NCBI GenBank assembly: GCA_044229145.1
Contig: JBGATO010000021.1
Location: 1 to 54,508, forward strand
From: Candidatus Eiseniibacteriota bacterium
GTDB lineage: Bacteria; Eisenbacteria; RBG-16-71-46; CAZEPH01
Reading direction: 5' to 3'
Length of the DNA stretch: 54,508 bases
Both the position numbers and the translations under genes were made by a program. Below the pieces are notes generated by a model. It was not told where the DNA came from. It made no database searches and saw only the letters and a list, made by a program, of their open reading frames with translations. This document shows positions 38,787 through 48,514 of the stretch, one piece after another. Within the stretch, counting starts at the first letter, position 1; every line of letters begins with the position of its first letter.

Positions 38787-40889
38787 CTAGGACGACTGTA
38801 GGTGGTCGAGCGCGCGCGCGATGTCGTGCATCGACGCCGGACGCGCCTCGGGCGCGACGGCCATGCACGCGGCGATGAGTGCGTCGAGTGCGGGCGGCAG
38901 CGACGGCTGCCCCTGACGTGGCGTCGGCGCGGGCGTGGCGATTTTCTCGGCGAGCAGTGCCTCTAGCGTGGTGGCGCGGAAGGCGCGCTGTCCGGTGAAC
39001 AGCTCGTGGAAGAGGACGCCGCACGCGTAGATATCGCCGCGGGCATCGGGCGCCGCGGCGAGTTGCAAATGCTCCGGTGCCATGTAGTGCGGCGTGCCGG
39101 CGAGCACCACGGCCTCGCCGTCGCGCGCCGCACGCCGCGGCCGCGCCAGGCCGAAGTCCGCGATCTTCGCGTGGCCGGTGAGCTCGACGAGCACGTTCTC
39201 CGGCTTGAGATCGCCGTGCACGATGCCGGCATCGTGCGCGGCCGCGACGCCGGAGACGATCTGCCGGGCCAGTCGCAGGCCGGCCGCGAGCGGCAACGCA
39301 CTGCCGTGCGGGAGCAAGGCGCGCAGCGACACACCGCGCACGTACTCCATCGTCACGAAGGCGAGCGTGCCCTCGACACCGAAGTCGTAGGTGCGCAGCA
39401 CGTGCGGATGCGTCACCCGCCGCGCCAACCGCAATTCCTGCTTGAGTCGTTCGACGTCCTCGTCATCGCCCCAGCGCGAGGGCCGCAGCATCTTGAGCGC
39501 CACCATCTCGCCGAGCTCGCGATCGCGCGCTTTGTAGACGACGCCCATCGCGCCTTCGCCGAGAACGCCGACCATTGCGTAGCGCCGTGCGAAGACCGCG
39601 CCGATGTCGACCGGGCGGAACGCCGAGGGCGCGGGGACGGCCGGCGGCGGGCCAGCGTCGAGCGTCGCGTCGGAGAGCGCGAGCGTGGTGTCGGGGGCGA
39701 GCACCGCGGTGGGCGCGTCAGCCTCGACGCGGGTGAGCACCGCCGCGTCGCCCGGCTCCGGCACACTGCGCGCGATCTCGGCGACGAACTCCTCCATCTC
39801 GCGCCGTGCCCGCAGGTCGGCGAGCAGCGCGTTGAAGGCGCCGGCGAGCCGTCCGATTTCGTCGCCGCGCGTCACCGTGATGCGATGGCGGAAGTCGCCG
39901 TCGCGCGCCGATTCCGCGGCCGCCACCAACGCGCGCACCGGCCGCATCAGCCAGCGCGACAGCGAGTACGACACGCCGAACGTGACCACGATCGACAGCA
40001 GACCGACCACCAGCAATGTCCACTCGATACGGCGGAACGGCGCCACCACGCGGTCGGGCGAGGCGAGCGAGACGACCACCGCATGCACCGCGCCGCCGGC
40101 ATCGCGGAGCGGCCGCACGCTCGCCATCCAGGATTCGCCATGCAGGTGGACGCGGCGAGGTGCCGGGGCCACGCCGCGCTGCACTGCATCCCACACGTCG
40201 GATGCACCGCGCAGCGCCGCGGGCAGGTCGTCGGCCGCATCCGCCAGCGTGCCGGCCGCCACCGCCGGCTCCGGGCCGGCGAGCGAGAAGTAGACGACGT
40301 CGGCGCCGCTGGCGCGTTTGGCGTCGAGCGCGGTGCGCGGCGTGATCTCGCGCGCGGCGAGCAGCACGCCTTCGACCGAGGCGCCGCCCGCGGCGATGGG
40401 CGCCGCCGCCGCGATGTAGACGCGCCGCCCAGACGCCAGCACGCCGCCGGCCTCGCCTCCGGCCAGCGCTGCGTCGACGAAGGCGCGTGCGGCGTCGCCG
40501 CTGACGTCGCCGGACGCGGCGAGCGTCCAGCCGTCGGCGCGCGCCGCCAGGAGGATGTCGGCGCCCACCGCCGCGCGCCGTTCGTCGAGCAAGTCGCGCA
40601 CCGACGCCGGATCGCCCTCGGCGACGTACGCACCGAACGCCGGATCGCCGGCCACCAGCCGTGCGGCTTCGCTGAGGTGCGCGATTTGTTGCCGCGACAA
40701 CGCCGCCTGCACGCTGTCGCTCGCCGCCAGCGCCTGCTGCACCGTGGTGCGCGCGATCCGCGACGCGCGCCACGCCGTGGTCACCACCGCGGCGCCCACC
40801 GAGAACACGATGAGCCCGCCGCACACCAAGAAGACGCGCGTCCCAAATCCGACGCCGCGCGGCCGCCTAGCGGTAGCCGTCGTCACCAC
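38787..40889 (-). CDS. Membrane receptor Ser/Thr kinase: TM-periplasmic Cache-like-TM-HAMP-Hanks kinase
   Basis: Two TM segments, HAMP (RPV..L...GDF...DEIGRLA..FN), GEGAMGVVY, VALK, HGDLKPEN, DFGLA, GTPHYMAPE, DIYACG. Confidence 0.9.
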   Translation of the reverse strand: MVTTATARRPRGVGFGTRVFLVCGGLIVFSVGAAVVTTAWRASRIARTTVQQALAASDSVQAALSRQQIAHLSEAARLVAGDPAFGAYVAEGDPASVRDLLDERRAAVGADILLAARADGWTLAASGDVSGDAARAFVDAALAGGEAGGVLASGRRVYIAAAAPIAAGGASVEGVLLAAREITPRTALDAKRASGADVVYFSLAGPEPAVAAGTLADAADDLPAALRGASDVWDAVQRGVAPAPRRVHLHGESWMASVRPLRDAGGAVHAVVVSLASPDRVVAPFRRIEWTLLVVGLLSIVVTFGVSYSLSRWLMRPVRALVAAAESARDGDFRHRITVTRGDEIGRLAGAFNALLADLRARREMEEFVAEIARSVPEPGDAAVLTRVEADAPTAVLAPDTTLALSDATLDAGPPPAVPAPSAFRPVDIGAVFARRYAMVGVLGEGAMGVVYKARDRELGEMVALKMLRPSRWGDDEDVERLKQELRLARRVTHPHVLRTYDFGVEGTLAFVTMEYVRGVSLRALLPHGSALPLAAGLRLARQIVSGVAAAHDAGIVHGDLKPENVLVELTGHAKIADFGLARPRRAARDGEAVVLAGTPHYMAPEHLQLAAAPDARGDIYACGVLFHELFTGQRAFRATTLEALLAEKIATPAPTPRQGQPSLPPALDALIAACMAVAPEARPASMHDIARALDHLQSS

Positions 40890-41544
40890 TCGCCTTCGCG
40901 TAGGGTTTGCCGGTCTTGTTCAAGTGAGCGGGCACGCCGGACACCCGCGCGTCGAGGCTCACCGCCACGGCGCCCGCCGGGACGCTGACGTCTCGGGTCA
41001 CCGGCGCGCCGGCGCGCCAGTGCCACACACTCAGCGTGCCGCCTCCTTCGGGCACTCCCTCGACCACGAACTGGCCGCTCGCGTCGAGCGCCGCGACGTA
41101 CGGCGTTTCGAGCACCGCGACGAACGCCGCCATCTGGTGGTGCACGTTGCAGAACACGCGGACGATGCCGGGCTCCGTGAAGGCCACGCTCTTGCCGGCG
41201 CCGGTGCGATACAACCCGAGGTCGAAGCGATTGCCGCCGCTCACCGAGAACACGTTGTGCAGGATGGGATCGGCATTGGGGAAGCGCACCGTGCTGCCGC
41301 GCGGTACCGTGCAGGCACGCGGCGCAAACGTCTTGTCCTTGGTGGCGATCTCGAACGTGCGCGGCGTGACGGTGGCGCCGCGGGCCGGCGTGAACCAGAC
41401 GAAGCCGTCGCGCGGATCCCCGGCGCGGCCGTCGGCCTCACGCAACGTGACCGTGCCGGCGAGGCGTCCGGCGCGCGCCGGGTGGGGCGCGCCGAAGGCG
41501 GTGATGGTGGCGAGTGCGAGTGCGGCGAAGCCTCGAGGACCCAC
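40867..41544 (-). CDS. Secreted cupredoxin-like protein with carboxypeptidase-regulatory-like Ig flanks
   Basis: GTG after AGGAG and a signal peptide. FPNADPILHNVFS, FDLGLY and FCNVHHQM give the type-1-copper-like His/Cys/His/Met set. Confidence 0.75.
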   Translation of the reverse strand: MGPRGFAALALATITAFGAPHPARAGRLAGTVTLREADGRAGDPRDGFVWFTPARGATVTPRTFEIATKDKTFAPRACTVPRGSTVRFPNADPILHNVFSVSGGNRFDLGLYRTGAGKSVAFTEPGIVRVFCNVHHQMAAFVAVLETPYVAALDASGQFVVEGVPEGGGTLSVWHWRAGAPVTRDVSVPAGAVAVSLDARVSGVPAHLNKTGKPYAKASGDDGYR

Positions 41545-41648
41545 GGCGTCGACACTCCTGGAGAGTTTGAGAGGGCGCGGCACCGCGCGGACCTGTGCCG
41601 GACGGCGAGCATGCCGGGCAGCTCGGCCATCGTCAAGGCGGGCCGGAC

Positions 41649-41677
41649 TTGCCCTGGCTGGGCACATTCCCGACAAT
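41649..41677 (+). promoter_or_regulatory. Putative sigma70 promoter, likely leaderless chrA transcript
   Basis: TTGCCC-N17-GACAAT-N7-ATG, no Shine-Dalgarno. Confidence 0.55.
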
Positions 41678-41684
41678 GCGCCGC

Positions 41685-43025
41685 ATGCCGACCTCATCCG
41701 ACGCGCCGCGCGCGATCGCCCTGCCGACCTTCGCCCGCGCTCTGGCGTTCTGGACGAAGCTCGGATTCATCTCGTTCGGCGGGCCCACCGGTCAGATCGC
41801 CATCATGCACGAGGAACTCGTCGAGCGCCGGCGCTGGATCAGCGAGGAGCGGTTCCTCCATGCCCTGTCGTACTGCATGGTGCTTCCGGGGCCGGAGGCA
41901 CAGCAACTCGCGACCTACGTTGGCTGGCTGCTCCACGGCGTGCCCGGCGGCGTCGCGGCGGGCGCTCTCTTCGTCCTGCCCTCGCTCGTGCTGTTGCTCG
42001 GACTGTCGTGGGCCTACGCGGCGCACGGCACGCTGCCGGCGGTGCAGGGCGTCCTGCTCGGGATCAAACCGGTGGTGATCGCCATCGTCGCGGTGGCGCT
42101 GTGGCGCATCGGGTCGAAGTCGTTGAAGACGCCGGCGCAACTCGCGCTTGCGGTAGCCGGCGGCGTGGCAATCGCGCTGCTGCATGCGCCGTTTCCCCTC
42201 GTCGTGTTGGGCGCCGGCGTGGTCGGGTTCGCCGGCGCGCGGGTGGCGCCGGCGCAGTTTCGGGGTGCCGGCGGCGGGCACGGTGCGGGCGGCCAGGCGC
42301 CCGAGGGCGGCGCGGCGCTCGACGCCCTGCTCGATGCACGCCGGCACGTGCAGCCGAGCGTGGCGCGGACTCTGCGCATCGTGGCGGCACTCGTCGTGTT
42401 GTGGGGCGGGCCGATGGCCGCCGCCTTCGCCCTGCGCGACACGGTGCCGGTGCTGTGGCAGCAGGGGCTGTTCTTCTCGCAGGCCGCGCTGGTGACGTTC
42501 GGGGGGGCGTACGCGGTGCTGCCGTACATCGCGTTCGCCGGGATCACCACCTTCGGCTGGGTGACCGCGCCGCAGATGATCGACGGGCTCGCGCTCGGCG
42601 AGACGACGCCGGGTCCGCTCATCATGGTGACGACGTTCGTCGGCTTCCTCGGCGGCTGGACGCATGCCGGCGCCTGGTCGCCGCTCGCCACCGCGATGAC
42701 GGCGGGCGTGCTGACCACGTACATGACCTTCCTGTTCTCGTTCTTCTTCATCTTTCTCGGCGCCCCGTACATCGAGCGCTTCCGCGGCCACGCCAGTGTC
42801 TCGGCGGCGCTGGCGGGCGTGAGCGCCGCGGTGGTGGGCGTCATCGCCAACCTCGGCGTGTACCTCGCGGCTCATGTGTTCGTGCCAGACGGCCGCATCG
42901 ACCTCGTGGCCGTGGCGATCGCGGTGGCGGCGTTCGCAGGGTTGCGATGGCGGCAGTGGCCGATGCACGCGGTGGTGCTGGCGGGGGCCGTGGTGGGCGT
43001 GGCGCGCGTGCTCGCGGCGCGGTAG
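41685..43025 (+). CDS. chrA: Chromate transporter (long-chain CHR family)
   Basis: LGFISFGGPTGQI, LPGPEAQQLA, second domain TFGGAYAVL, ETTPGPLI. Confidence 0.93.
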   Translation: MPTSSDAPRAIALPTFARALAFWTKLGFISFGGPTGQIAIMHEELVERRRWISEERFLHALSYCMVLPGPEAQQLATYVGWLLHGVPGGVAAGALFVLPSLVLLLGLSWAYAAHGTLPAVQGVLLGIKPVVIAIVAVALWRIGSKSLKTPAQLALAVAGGVAIALLHAPFPLVVLGAGVVGFAGARVAPAQFRGAGGGHGAGGQAPEGGAALDALLDARRHVQPSVARTLRIVAALVVLWGGPMAAAFALRDTVPVLWQQGLFFSQAALVTFGGAYAVLPYIAFAGITTFGWVTAPQMIDGLALGETTPGPLIMVTTFVGFLGGWTHAGAWSPLATAMTAGVLTTYMTFLFSFFFIFLGAPYIERFRGHASVSAALAGVSAAVVGVIANLGVYLAAHVFVPDGRIDLVAVAIAVAAFAGLRWRQWPMHAVVLAGAVVGVARVLAAR

Positions 43026-43037
43026 GATTCCCGCACG

Positions 43038-44348
43038 ATGAGTGCACCCTGGTCCGATCCGCCATCTCACGCGCCGCTCGATGCGACGCGGCGCGCCCTG
43101 TTCGATGTCGCGGGACTGTACGAGGTGGCGAGCCACCTGCTCGGTGTGCGCGACGCGGCTGTCATCGCCTCCCGTGTCGTGCACTCGGCGATCGGCACGT
43201 TGGCGGTGGAGGCCGGCGCGCTCTACCTCCAGGATGCGACGGGCAAGCTGCAGTGTGCGTACGCCACCACCGACGACTGGCCCTCCAGCGTGAGCGGGTG
43301 GTCCGCCGCGCAGGGTGCTGCGGTGTTGCGCGCCGGGGTGGCTGCCCGCGGTGACGATGCGTGGCCCGCCGTCGACGCATGGCCGCACGCCGCCGTGGTC
43401 GGGGCGATTGCCTACGGCGACGCGCTGCTCGGTGTGCTGGTGCTCGGCGCGTCCCTGGTGCCGGACGCATCGGTCGATCGCCACCTGGCGGCGGCCTTTG
43501 CCGGGCTGGCAGCGCGCGCGCTCCACGCGGCCGCGGACAGTGGCCCGCGCGACGCCGCGGCCCTGCGGCGCCTGCATCCCGCTCTGCGCGCCTTCGACGG
43601 CGAGAGCGCAGCGGTGCGCGACCTCTGCGAACAGCTGCTCGCCGTGGCGCCGAGTCCGTGCGCGGTCGTTCTCAGCGGCGAACCTGGAAGTGGGCGCAGC
43701 TTGGCGGCGCGCGTCCTGCATGCGCTCTCGCCGCGCGCCGGCGGGCCCTTCACCGAGATCGACTGCGCCCTCCTCGATCCGGTACTGCTCGAGCGCGCCT
43801 TGTTCGGCGACGCGGCGCGAGACGGCGCCGAGGAGACGCCGGGCTTGTGTCGCCTGCATGCCGGCGGCACGGTGGCGCTCGCGCATGTCGAAGCCTTGGC
43901 GCCAAGCACGCAAGATGCGATCGCCGCCGTGCTCCGCACCGGACAGGTGCATCGCGTCGGGGAAGCGTCGACGGAGCGCGTCGACGTGCGCTTCATCGCG
44001 CTGGCGGCGGGCGATTTGCGCGGCGATAGCGGCCGCCCGCGATTGCGTGAAGACCTTGCGTACCGGCTGTCGGCGTTCGGTGTGCGGGTGCCCACCCTTG
44101 CCGAACGTCGCGAGGACGTGCCGTCGCTCGTTGCACGCTTCCTCGCCACCGCCGCCGATGCCGGCGGCCGTCCGTCGTGGCACGTCGCGCCGGATGCACT
44201 GCTCTTGCTTCGCCACGCGGCTCTCGCCGGCCACCTCGGTCATCTGCAACGGGTGGTGGCCGCGGTCGCGCGCGGCGCCGCGCACGATGTCCGCATCACC
44301 GCCGCCCACGTCGAGCGCGCGCTGCGCGAGTGCGAAGGGGCGAGCTAG
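43038..44348 (+). CDS. GAF + degenerate sigma54-activator-like AAA+ domain protein, no complete HTH
   Basis: GEPGSGRS, IDCA..LLE.ALFG, GGTV, VDVRFI and LREDLAYRL scaffold, but Walker A Lys, GAFTGA and Walker B are altered. Confidence 0.75.
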   Translation: MSAPWSDPPSHAPLDATRRALFDVAGLYEVASHLLGVRDAAVIASRVVHSAIGTLAVEAGALYLQDATGKLQCAYATTDDWPSSVSGWSAAQGAAVLRAGVAARGDDAWPAVDAWPHAAVVGAIAYGDALLGVLVLGASLVPDASVDRHLAAAFAGLAARALHAAADSGPRDAAALRRLHPALRAFDGESAAVRDLCEQLLAVAPSPCAVVLSGEPGSGRSLAARVLHALSPRAGGPFTEIDCALLDPVLLERALFGDAARDGAEETPGLCRLHAGGTVALAHVEALAPSTQDAIAAVLRTGQVHRVGEASTERVDVRFIALAAGDLRGDSGRPRLREDLAYRLSAFGVRVPTLAERREDVPSLVARFLATAADAGGRPSWHVAPDALLLLRHAALAGHLGHLQRVVAAVARGAAHDVRITAAHVERALRECEGAS

Positions 44349-46057
44349 CGGACGGTCAGCGGCAGACGTGTGATTTCGAGGTCGCCTGCTGCCACGCCCG
44401 CCGCCGCCGCGCGTCGCCGGATCATCTCCAACACGCCCTCGAGCGTGTAGCGCGTCGATCCGCTCACGGGCGCCCCTTCGACGAAGTGCACGCCGCGCGT
44501 GGCGTTGAGCGCTCGCTCGTCTGCCACGTCGGCCAGGAGCCCGCGCATCCACGGCTGCGGCGCGCGAAAGGCCACCAGAGCGATGTCGACGCGTCCGCGC
44601 GGCGAGTCGAGCACCCAGTGCCCGCGGCGCGGGAGAGACGCCAATGCGTCGGCACGCACGCGTTCCGGCGCGCTCGTGGTCAGCGCGTAGGCAGGTTCGG
44701 CGGTATCGCCGCAGAGGACGTAGACCTCCGCATCCGCGGTGGGCAGCAGTTGGAGGCTGAGGGCGGCGCCGGCGGGCACCGGAGCGCCCGCGGTTACCGG
44801 CCGCCCCGCCGCCGTCGCAGTGCGCGCCGCGAACAGCGTGGGATGCATGGCGAAGGCCGGCGGCGCAGACATTGCGGGGGAGGCCGCGGCTGACCGTGCG
44901 GGTCCGGCGTGCGGCGCGGGAGCCGTCGCAACTGCGCGTTCGGCCGCCGGCCGCGTGCGCGCCCACAGTGCGAACCCCGCCGCGGCGCATGCCGCCACCG
45001 CGAGCACACCGAACGCGAACCACCGCGCCGGGCGACGTGCCGGGGCTGGCCCGTCGGCGGTCGCGCCAACCGCGCGTGCCAGTGTCCGTCCGAGATCACC
45101 GGCCGAATGCGGGCGATCGCGCGGATCGTCGGCCAGCGCGCGTTCGATGACATCGGCGAAGGCGGCCGGCAGATCCGGCCGGACGTCCAGCAGCGGCACC
45201 AACGGCGGCGCCGTGGCGCCGCTGCCCTCCAGCCCCGCGGGCGCCTCGCGCGGATAGCGCCGCGTCACGAGGCGATACAGCAGGAGCCCCACGGCGTAGA
45301 TGTCGGACGCGGGGGAGGGAGACTCCCCGCGCAGGAGTTCCGGCGCCGTGCTGACCGGCGTCCCGAAACGCACGAACGCCGGCCCGTCTCCCCACACGGG
45401 CCGGCGTTCACTCGCCGCGCCGAAATCCATCAGCACGATGCGTCCGCCTTCTTCGCGCATCACGTTGCGCGTGGTGACATCGCCGTGGACGAGTCCGGCG
45501 TGATGCACGGCGGCGAGGGCACCGCACAGGTCGGCCCCGATGGCCGCCGCCTCTCGCGCGCTCAGCGTGCCGTGGCGCGACAACCATTGTTCGAGCGTTT
45601 CGCCCCGGATCAACTCGCACCACAGGCCCACGCGTCCCTCGTGCGTGGCGACGCCGAAGATCGACTCGACGTGCGGGTGTCGCACCCGCGCCATGCGCCG
45701 TGCTTCGCTCACGAAATGCCGCGCGCTGGCGCGTGCATCGGCGTCGGGGCGGCGGAGTTTGAGCGCGACCTCGCGATCGAGCCGCGGGTCGTAGGCGCGA
45801 TACACTTCGCCAAAACTGCCGCTGCCGAGGCGGCCGCGCAAACTGAGCGGGCCCCACTGCGTGAGCTCGGCGGGCAGCGTGGGCGCCTCCGCGTCGGCCG
45901 GTGCCTCGAGTGGCGAGACCGTGCGATACACCTCGGCGATGCGCGCGAGGTGGGCGAACGCCCGCCGCGTCGGCTCATCGGGCGACGGTGGCAACGGCGA
46001 CCCGTCCGTGAGCGCTTCAGCCAGCTCCAGCAGAGGGTCCGGAGTCGAGTCCGGCAT
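44345..46057 (-). CDS. Ser/Thr protein kinase with TM and extracytoplasmic (DUF4384-like) domain
   Basis: GSGSFGEVY, VALK, HGDVTTRN, MDFG, GTP...APE, SDIYAVG; TM WFAFGVLAVAACAAAGFALW; RBS AAGGAG. Confidence 0.88.
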   Translation of the reverse strand: MPDSTPDPLLELAEALTDGSPLPPSPDEPTRRAFAHLARIAEVYRTVSPLEAPADAEAPTLPAELTQWGPLSLRGRLGSGSFGEVYRAYDPRLDREVALKLRRPDADARASARHFVSEARRMARVRHPHVESIFGVATHEGRVGLWCELIRGETLEQWLSRHGTLSAREAAAIGADLCGALAAVHHAGLVHGDVTTRNVMREEGGRIVLMDFGAASERRPVWGDGPAFVRFGTPVSTAPELLRGESPSPASDIYAVGLLLYRLVTRRYPREAPAGLEGSGATAPPLVPLLDVRPDLPAAFADVIERALADDPRDRPHSAGDLGRTLARAVGATADGPAPARRPARWFAFGVLAVAACAAAGFALWARTRPAAERAVATAPAPHAGPARSAAASPAMSAPPAFAMHPTLFAARTATAAGRPVTAGAPVPAGAALSLQLLPTADAEVYVLCGDTAEPAYALTTSAPERVRADALASLPRRGHWVLDSPRGRVDIALVAFRAPQPWMRGLLADVADERALNATRGVHFVEGAPVSGSTRYTLEGVLEMIRRRAAAAGVAAGDLEITRLPLTVR

Positions 46058-46136
46058 CGGGATCTCCTTCGCGATTTGCGGTTCGCTCGGCGGGAAGCAC
46101 ACTGGGGAAACGCCGGCGGCCGCCAAACCGCACGGG

Positions 46137-46724
46137 CTAGCTGTCCGGTGCCACGTGCTTCATCGATTCGGCCAAGCGGGCGAGGGCCCGCGCCACCACC
46201 ATCCGTGCAGCGTTCTCGCTGGGACGGCCGAGTGCGTCGGCAATCTCCTGATGGCTGTACCCGAATTCGATGCGCAGGATGACCGCTTCCTGTTGTTCCT
46301 CGGTCAGCTGGGCGAGCGCGGCTTCGTACGCCTCCATGACCTCGCGGCCCATGGCGTGCTCGAGCAGGGACGGACTGGCGTCGGCCAGCGTGTCGGGCAC
46401 TTCGACGGCGCCGCCGCCGCGGCGCGCTGTGCGACGCAGTTCGTCGCGCACCGAATTCAGCAAGATGCGACGTAGGTACGCGAGGAACGCCCCTTCGCGC
46501 ATCGCGGTGAAATCGTCGAGGTGATCGAGCGCGCGTATCAGTGCCACTTGGACGAGGTCGTCGGTCTCGAGACCGGCCCGCGCGTACCCGGGCAGACGCC
46601 CGTGCGCCCACCGTTGCAGGGCCGGCAGCACGCGCTGCACCAGGCGGGTGCGCGCGACATCGTCACCGGCGCGGGCGCGCACCAACAGCACAGCGGTGGA
46701 TTCCTGCGGGGAGCCCTCGGTCAT
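46137..46724 (-). CDS. ECF sigma factor
   Basis: ARAGD..A...L, ETDDLVQ, F.AYL..I..N..RD..R, sigma4 L..EQQEAVILR..G.S..EIA..LG.....R....RA...L; ATGA overlap with upstream gene. Confidence 0.92.
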   Translation of the reverse strand: MTEGSPQESTAVLLVRARAGDDVARTRLVQRVLPALQRWAHGRLPGYARAGLETDDLVQVALIRALDHLDDFTAMREGAFLAYLRRILLNSVRDELRRTARRGGGAVEVPDTLADASPSLLEHAMGREVMEAYEAALAQLTEEQQEAVILRIEFGYSHQEIADALGRPSENAARMVVARALARLAESMKHVAPDS

Positions 46725-48478
46725 GGTGTGCCTGTCTCCTCGGACGCGCGCTGCACGAGCACGCCGTGGGCGCGTGCGACGTAGCCGCGTCCCTCGACCT
46801 GCCACCAGTAGGACCCGCGTGGCGCGGGCCGTCCGTTCGCGGTGCGGCCGTCCCACGCGAGCGTGACGGGCACGCCGGCGCGCAGGGCGCCGGTCGTTCC
46901 GTGCGCCCACCGGCGGCCGCGCACATCGTACACGCTCCAGCTTGCGGTCGTCCCGCCGGTCTGCGCCGGTGGCGGTGTGAGGGTGGCGCGCAGTCCCGCG
47001 GTCAGGCCCGGCGAAGCGAGCAGGCGCAACACCGGCGGCGGATCGCCCACGGCGAATGTCGTGTCGCTCTCGACGCGTGCGTAGGGAGACAGACGCGTCA
47101 GTCGCAGGCGGGCCGCCGGGCTGGGCGTCGCGGGCGTGCGCACTCGCGCCACTCCGCCGGCTGCCGCCGTCGCCAGGGTGGACCACGTGGCGCCGTCGTC
47201 GAGCGACAGTTCGATGTCGACCGGCCCGCCACCGTCCCATTCGACCGTCGCGCTGTCCCCGGCGGCCCAGCGGGTGGAGGCGCGCGGGAGACGCAGCGCG
47301 AGTCCCTGGCTGAGATAGGCGAGTTGCCCGCGCGGAGCCGTGAGGTCGAGGTAGCTGAACGCCGGCGCGCCCGACGGGTCTAGGACGAGCGAGGGGAAAT
47401 CCCCGGCGAACACCGGCAAGCCGGGATACTGGATGTCCCAGCCGTCGACGCCTTCGACCGCATACTTCACGCGCACCTCGAAGTAGTCGTAGTAGGCAAG
47501 GCGCATGCGCTCGGTGGCGTCGAGCGCCAGCGACACGTACTGCGCGCCGTAGCCGATGCCGTCCGCCACCTCGATGTCCCACGATCCGTCCGCGCGTTCG
47601 CGGGCGTACTTCACGTGCTTGCCGTGTCGCGCGGCGGCCGTCAGCCCCGGCGATGAACTCACATTCGCGAAGTCGGTGTAGCCGATCGCCGCGCGTCCGT
47701 GTGGATCGAGGGCGATCGCGGTATAGCGTCCGACATCGCCGAGTACATCGAGCGTGCGAACCGTCCACGCGCCGCCGCGTCGCACCGCGTACTTGAGATC
47801 GCCCGCCGCCGCGTCGTAGTAGGCGATGTGTGGCTCGTTCGCGGCATCGGTCGCGATCGACGAATACTCGCCGACATCGCGCACCGCGAACGCGTCGACG
47901 GAGTCGGCGGCTTCGAGTTGCCACCGCACGCCGTCGTGCCAGGCATGCCGCAGCGCACGGCGATCTTCGTCGTAGTAGGCGATGTGCGCGTGACCGGCGC
48001 CGTCGACACACATCGACACGTGCGCGCCGACCACTCCGGCGGTGTCCACCGCTTGTGTCTGCCACCCGGCCGCCGTGCGCCAGGCGTAGCGGAGGTCGCC
48101 GTGCAACTCGTCCTGGTAGGCGATGCGCGGCGCGCCGTCGCGATCGAGCGCCAGGGCGACCGCCGTGTGCCAGCCAGTTTGTCCGGTGATCCGGGCGACG
48201 GTCACGGTGTCCCAGTCGGCACCGCGGCGCGTGGCGTACTTGAGCGCGGCGCGTCCGATGTCGGCGTAGGCGACGTGCGGCCGGCCGCGGCCGTCGAGCG
48301 CCTGGCTGGTGAAGTAGCCGCAGTCGCCGGCGGCGTCGGCCACCGCACTCCACCACGGCGATTCGAGGGCGGCGTGGCCGGGCGCGGCGGTTCCGAGGGC
48401 GAGGACGGCCCCGGATGCCAGGGCGGCACGAGCCCAGCCGGGACGGGTGTGGCGGAGGCGGATCGGGTCGGAACGCAT
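46721..48478 (-). CDS. Secreted beta-propeller repeat protein with FlgD-Ig/T9SS-like C-terminal domain
   Basis: Signal peptide; about seven GxYxSxA(L/T)DxxGxPxIAYxD...L(K/R)YA repeats; C-terminus VYDVRGRR...WDGR..G.P..RGSYW. Confidence 0.75.
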   Translation of the reverse strand: MRSDPIRLRHTRPGWARAALASGAVLALGTAAPGHAALESPWWSAVADAAGDCGYFTSQALDGRGRPHVAYADIGRAALKYATRRGADWDTVTVARITGQTGWHTAVALALDRDGAPRIAYQDELHGDLRYAWRTAAGWQTQAVDTAGVVGAHVSMCVDGAGHAHIAYYDEDRRALRHAWHDGVRWQLEAADSVDAFAVRDVGEYSSIATDAANEPHIAYYDAAAGDLKYAVRRGGAWTVRTLDVLGDVGRYTAIALDPHGRAAIGYTDFANVSSSPGLTAAARHGKHVKYARERADGSWDIEVADGIGYGAQYVSLALDATERMRLAYYDYFEVRVKYAVEGVDGWDIQYPGLPVFAGDFPSLVLDPSGAPAFSYLDLTAPRGQLAYLSQGLALRLPRASTRWAAGDSATVEWDGGGPVDIELSLDDGATWSTLATAAAGGVARVRTPATPSPAARLRLTRLSPYARVESDTTFAVGDPPPVLRLLASPGLTAGLRATLTPPPAQTGGTTASWSVYDVRGRRWAHGTTGALRAGVPVTLAWDGRTANGRPAPRGSYWWQVEGRGYVARAHGVLVQRASEETGTP

Positions 48479-48485
48479 GCGGCGC

Positions 48486-48514
48486 AGTATCCGGACCCGG
48501 CGCTCCATTGCCAA
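48486..48514 (-). promoter_or_regulatory. Putative sigma70 promoter, likely leaderless transcript
   Basis: Minus strand TTGGCA-N17-GATACT-N7-ATG. Confidence 0.55.

Noticed and set aside
41694..45023. 1109-aa minus-strand ORF
   Set aside because: Antisense to chrA and the AAA+ gene; no motifs.
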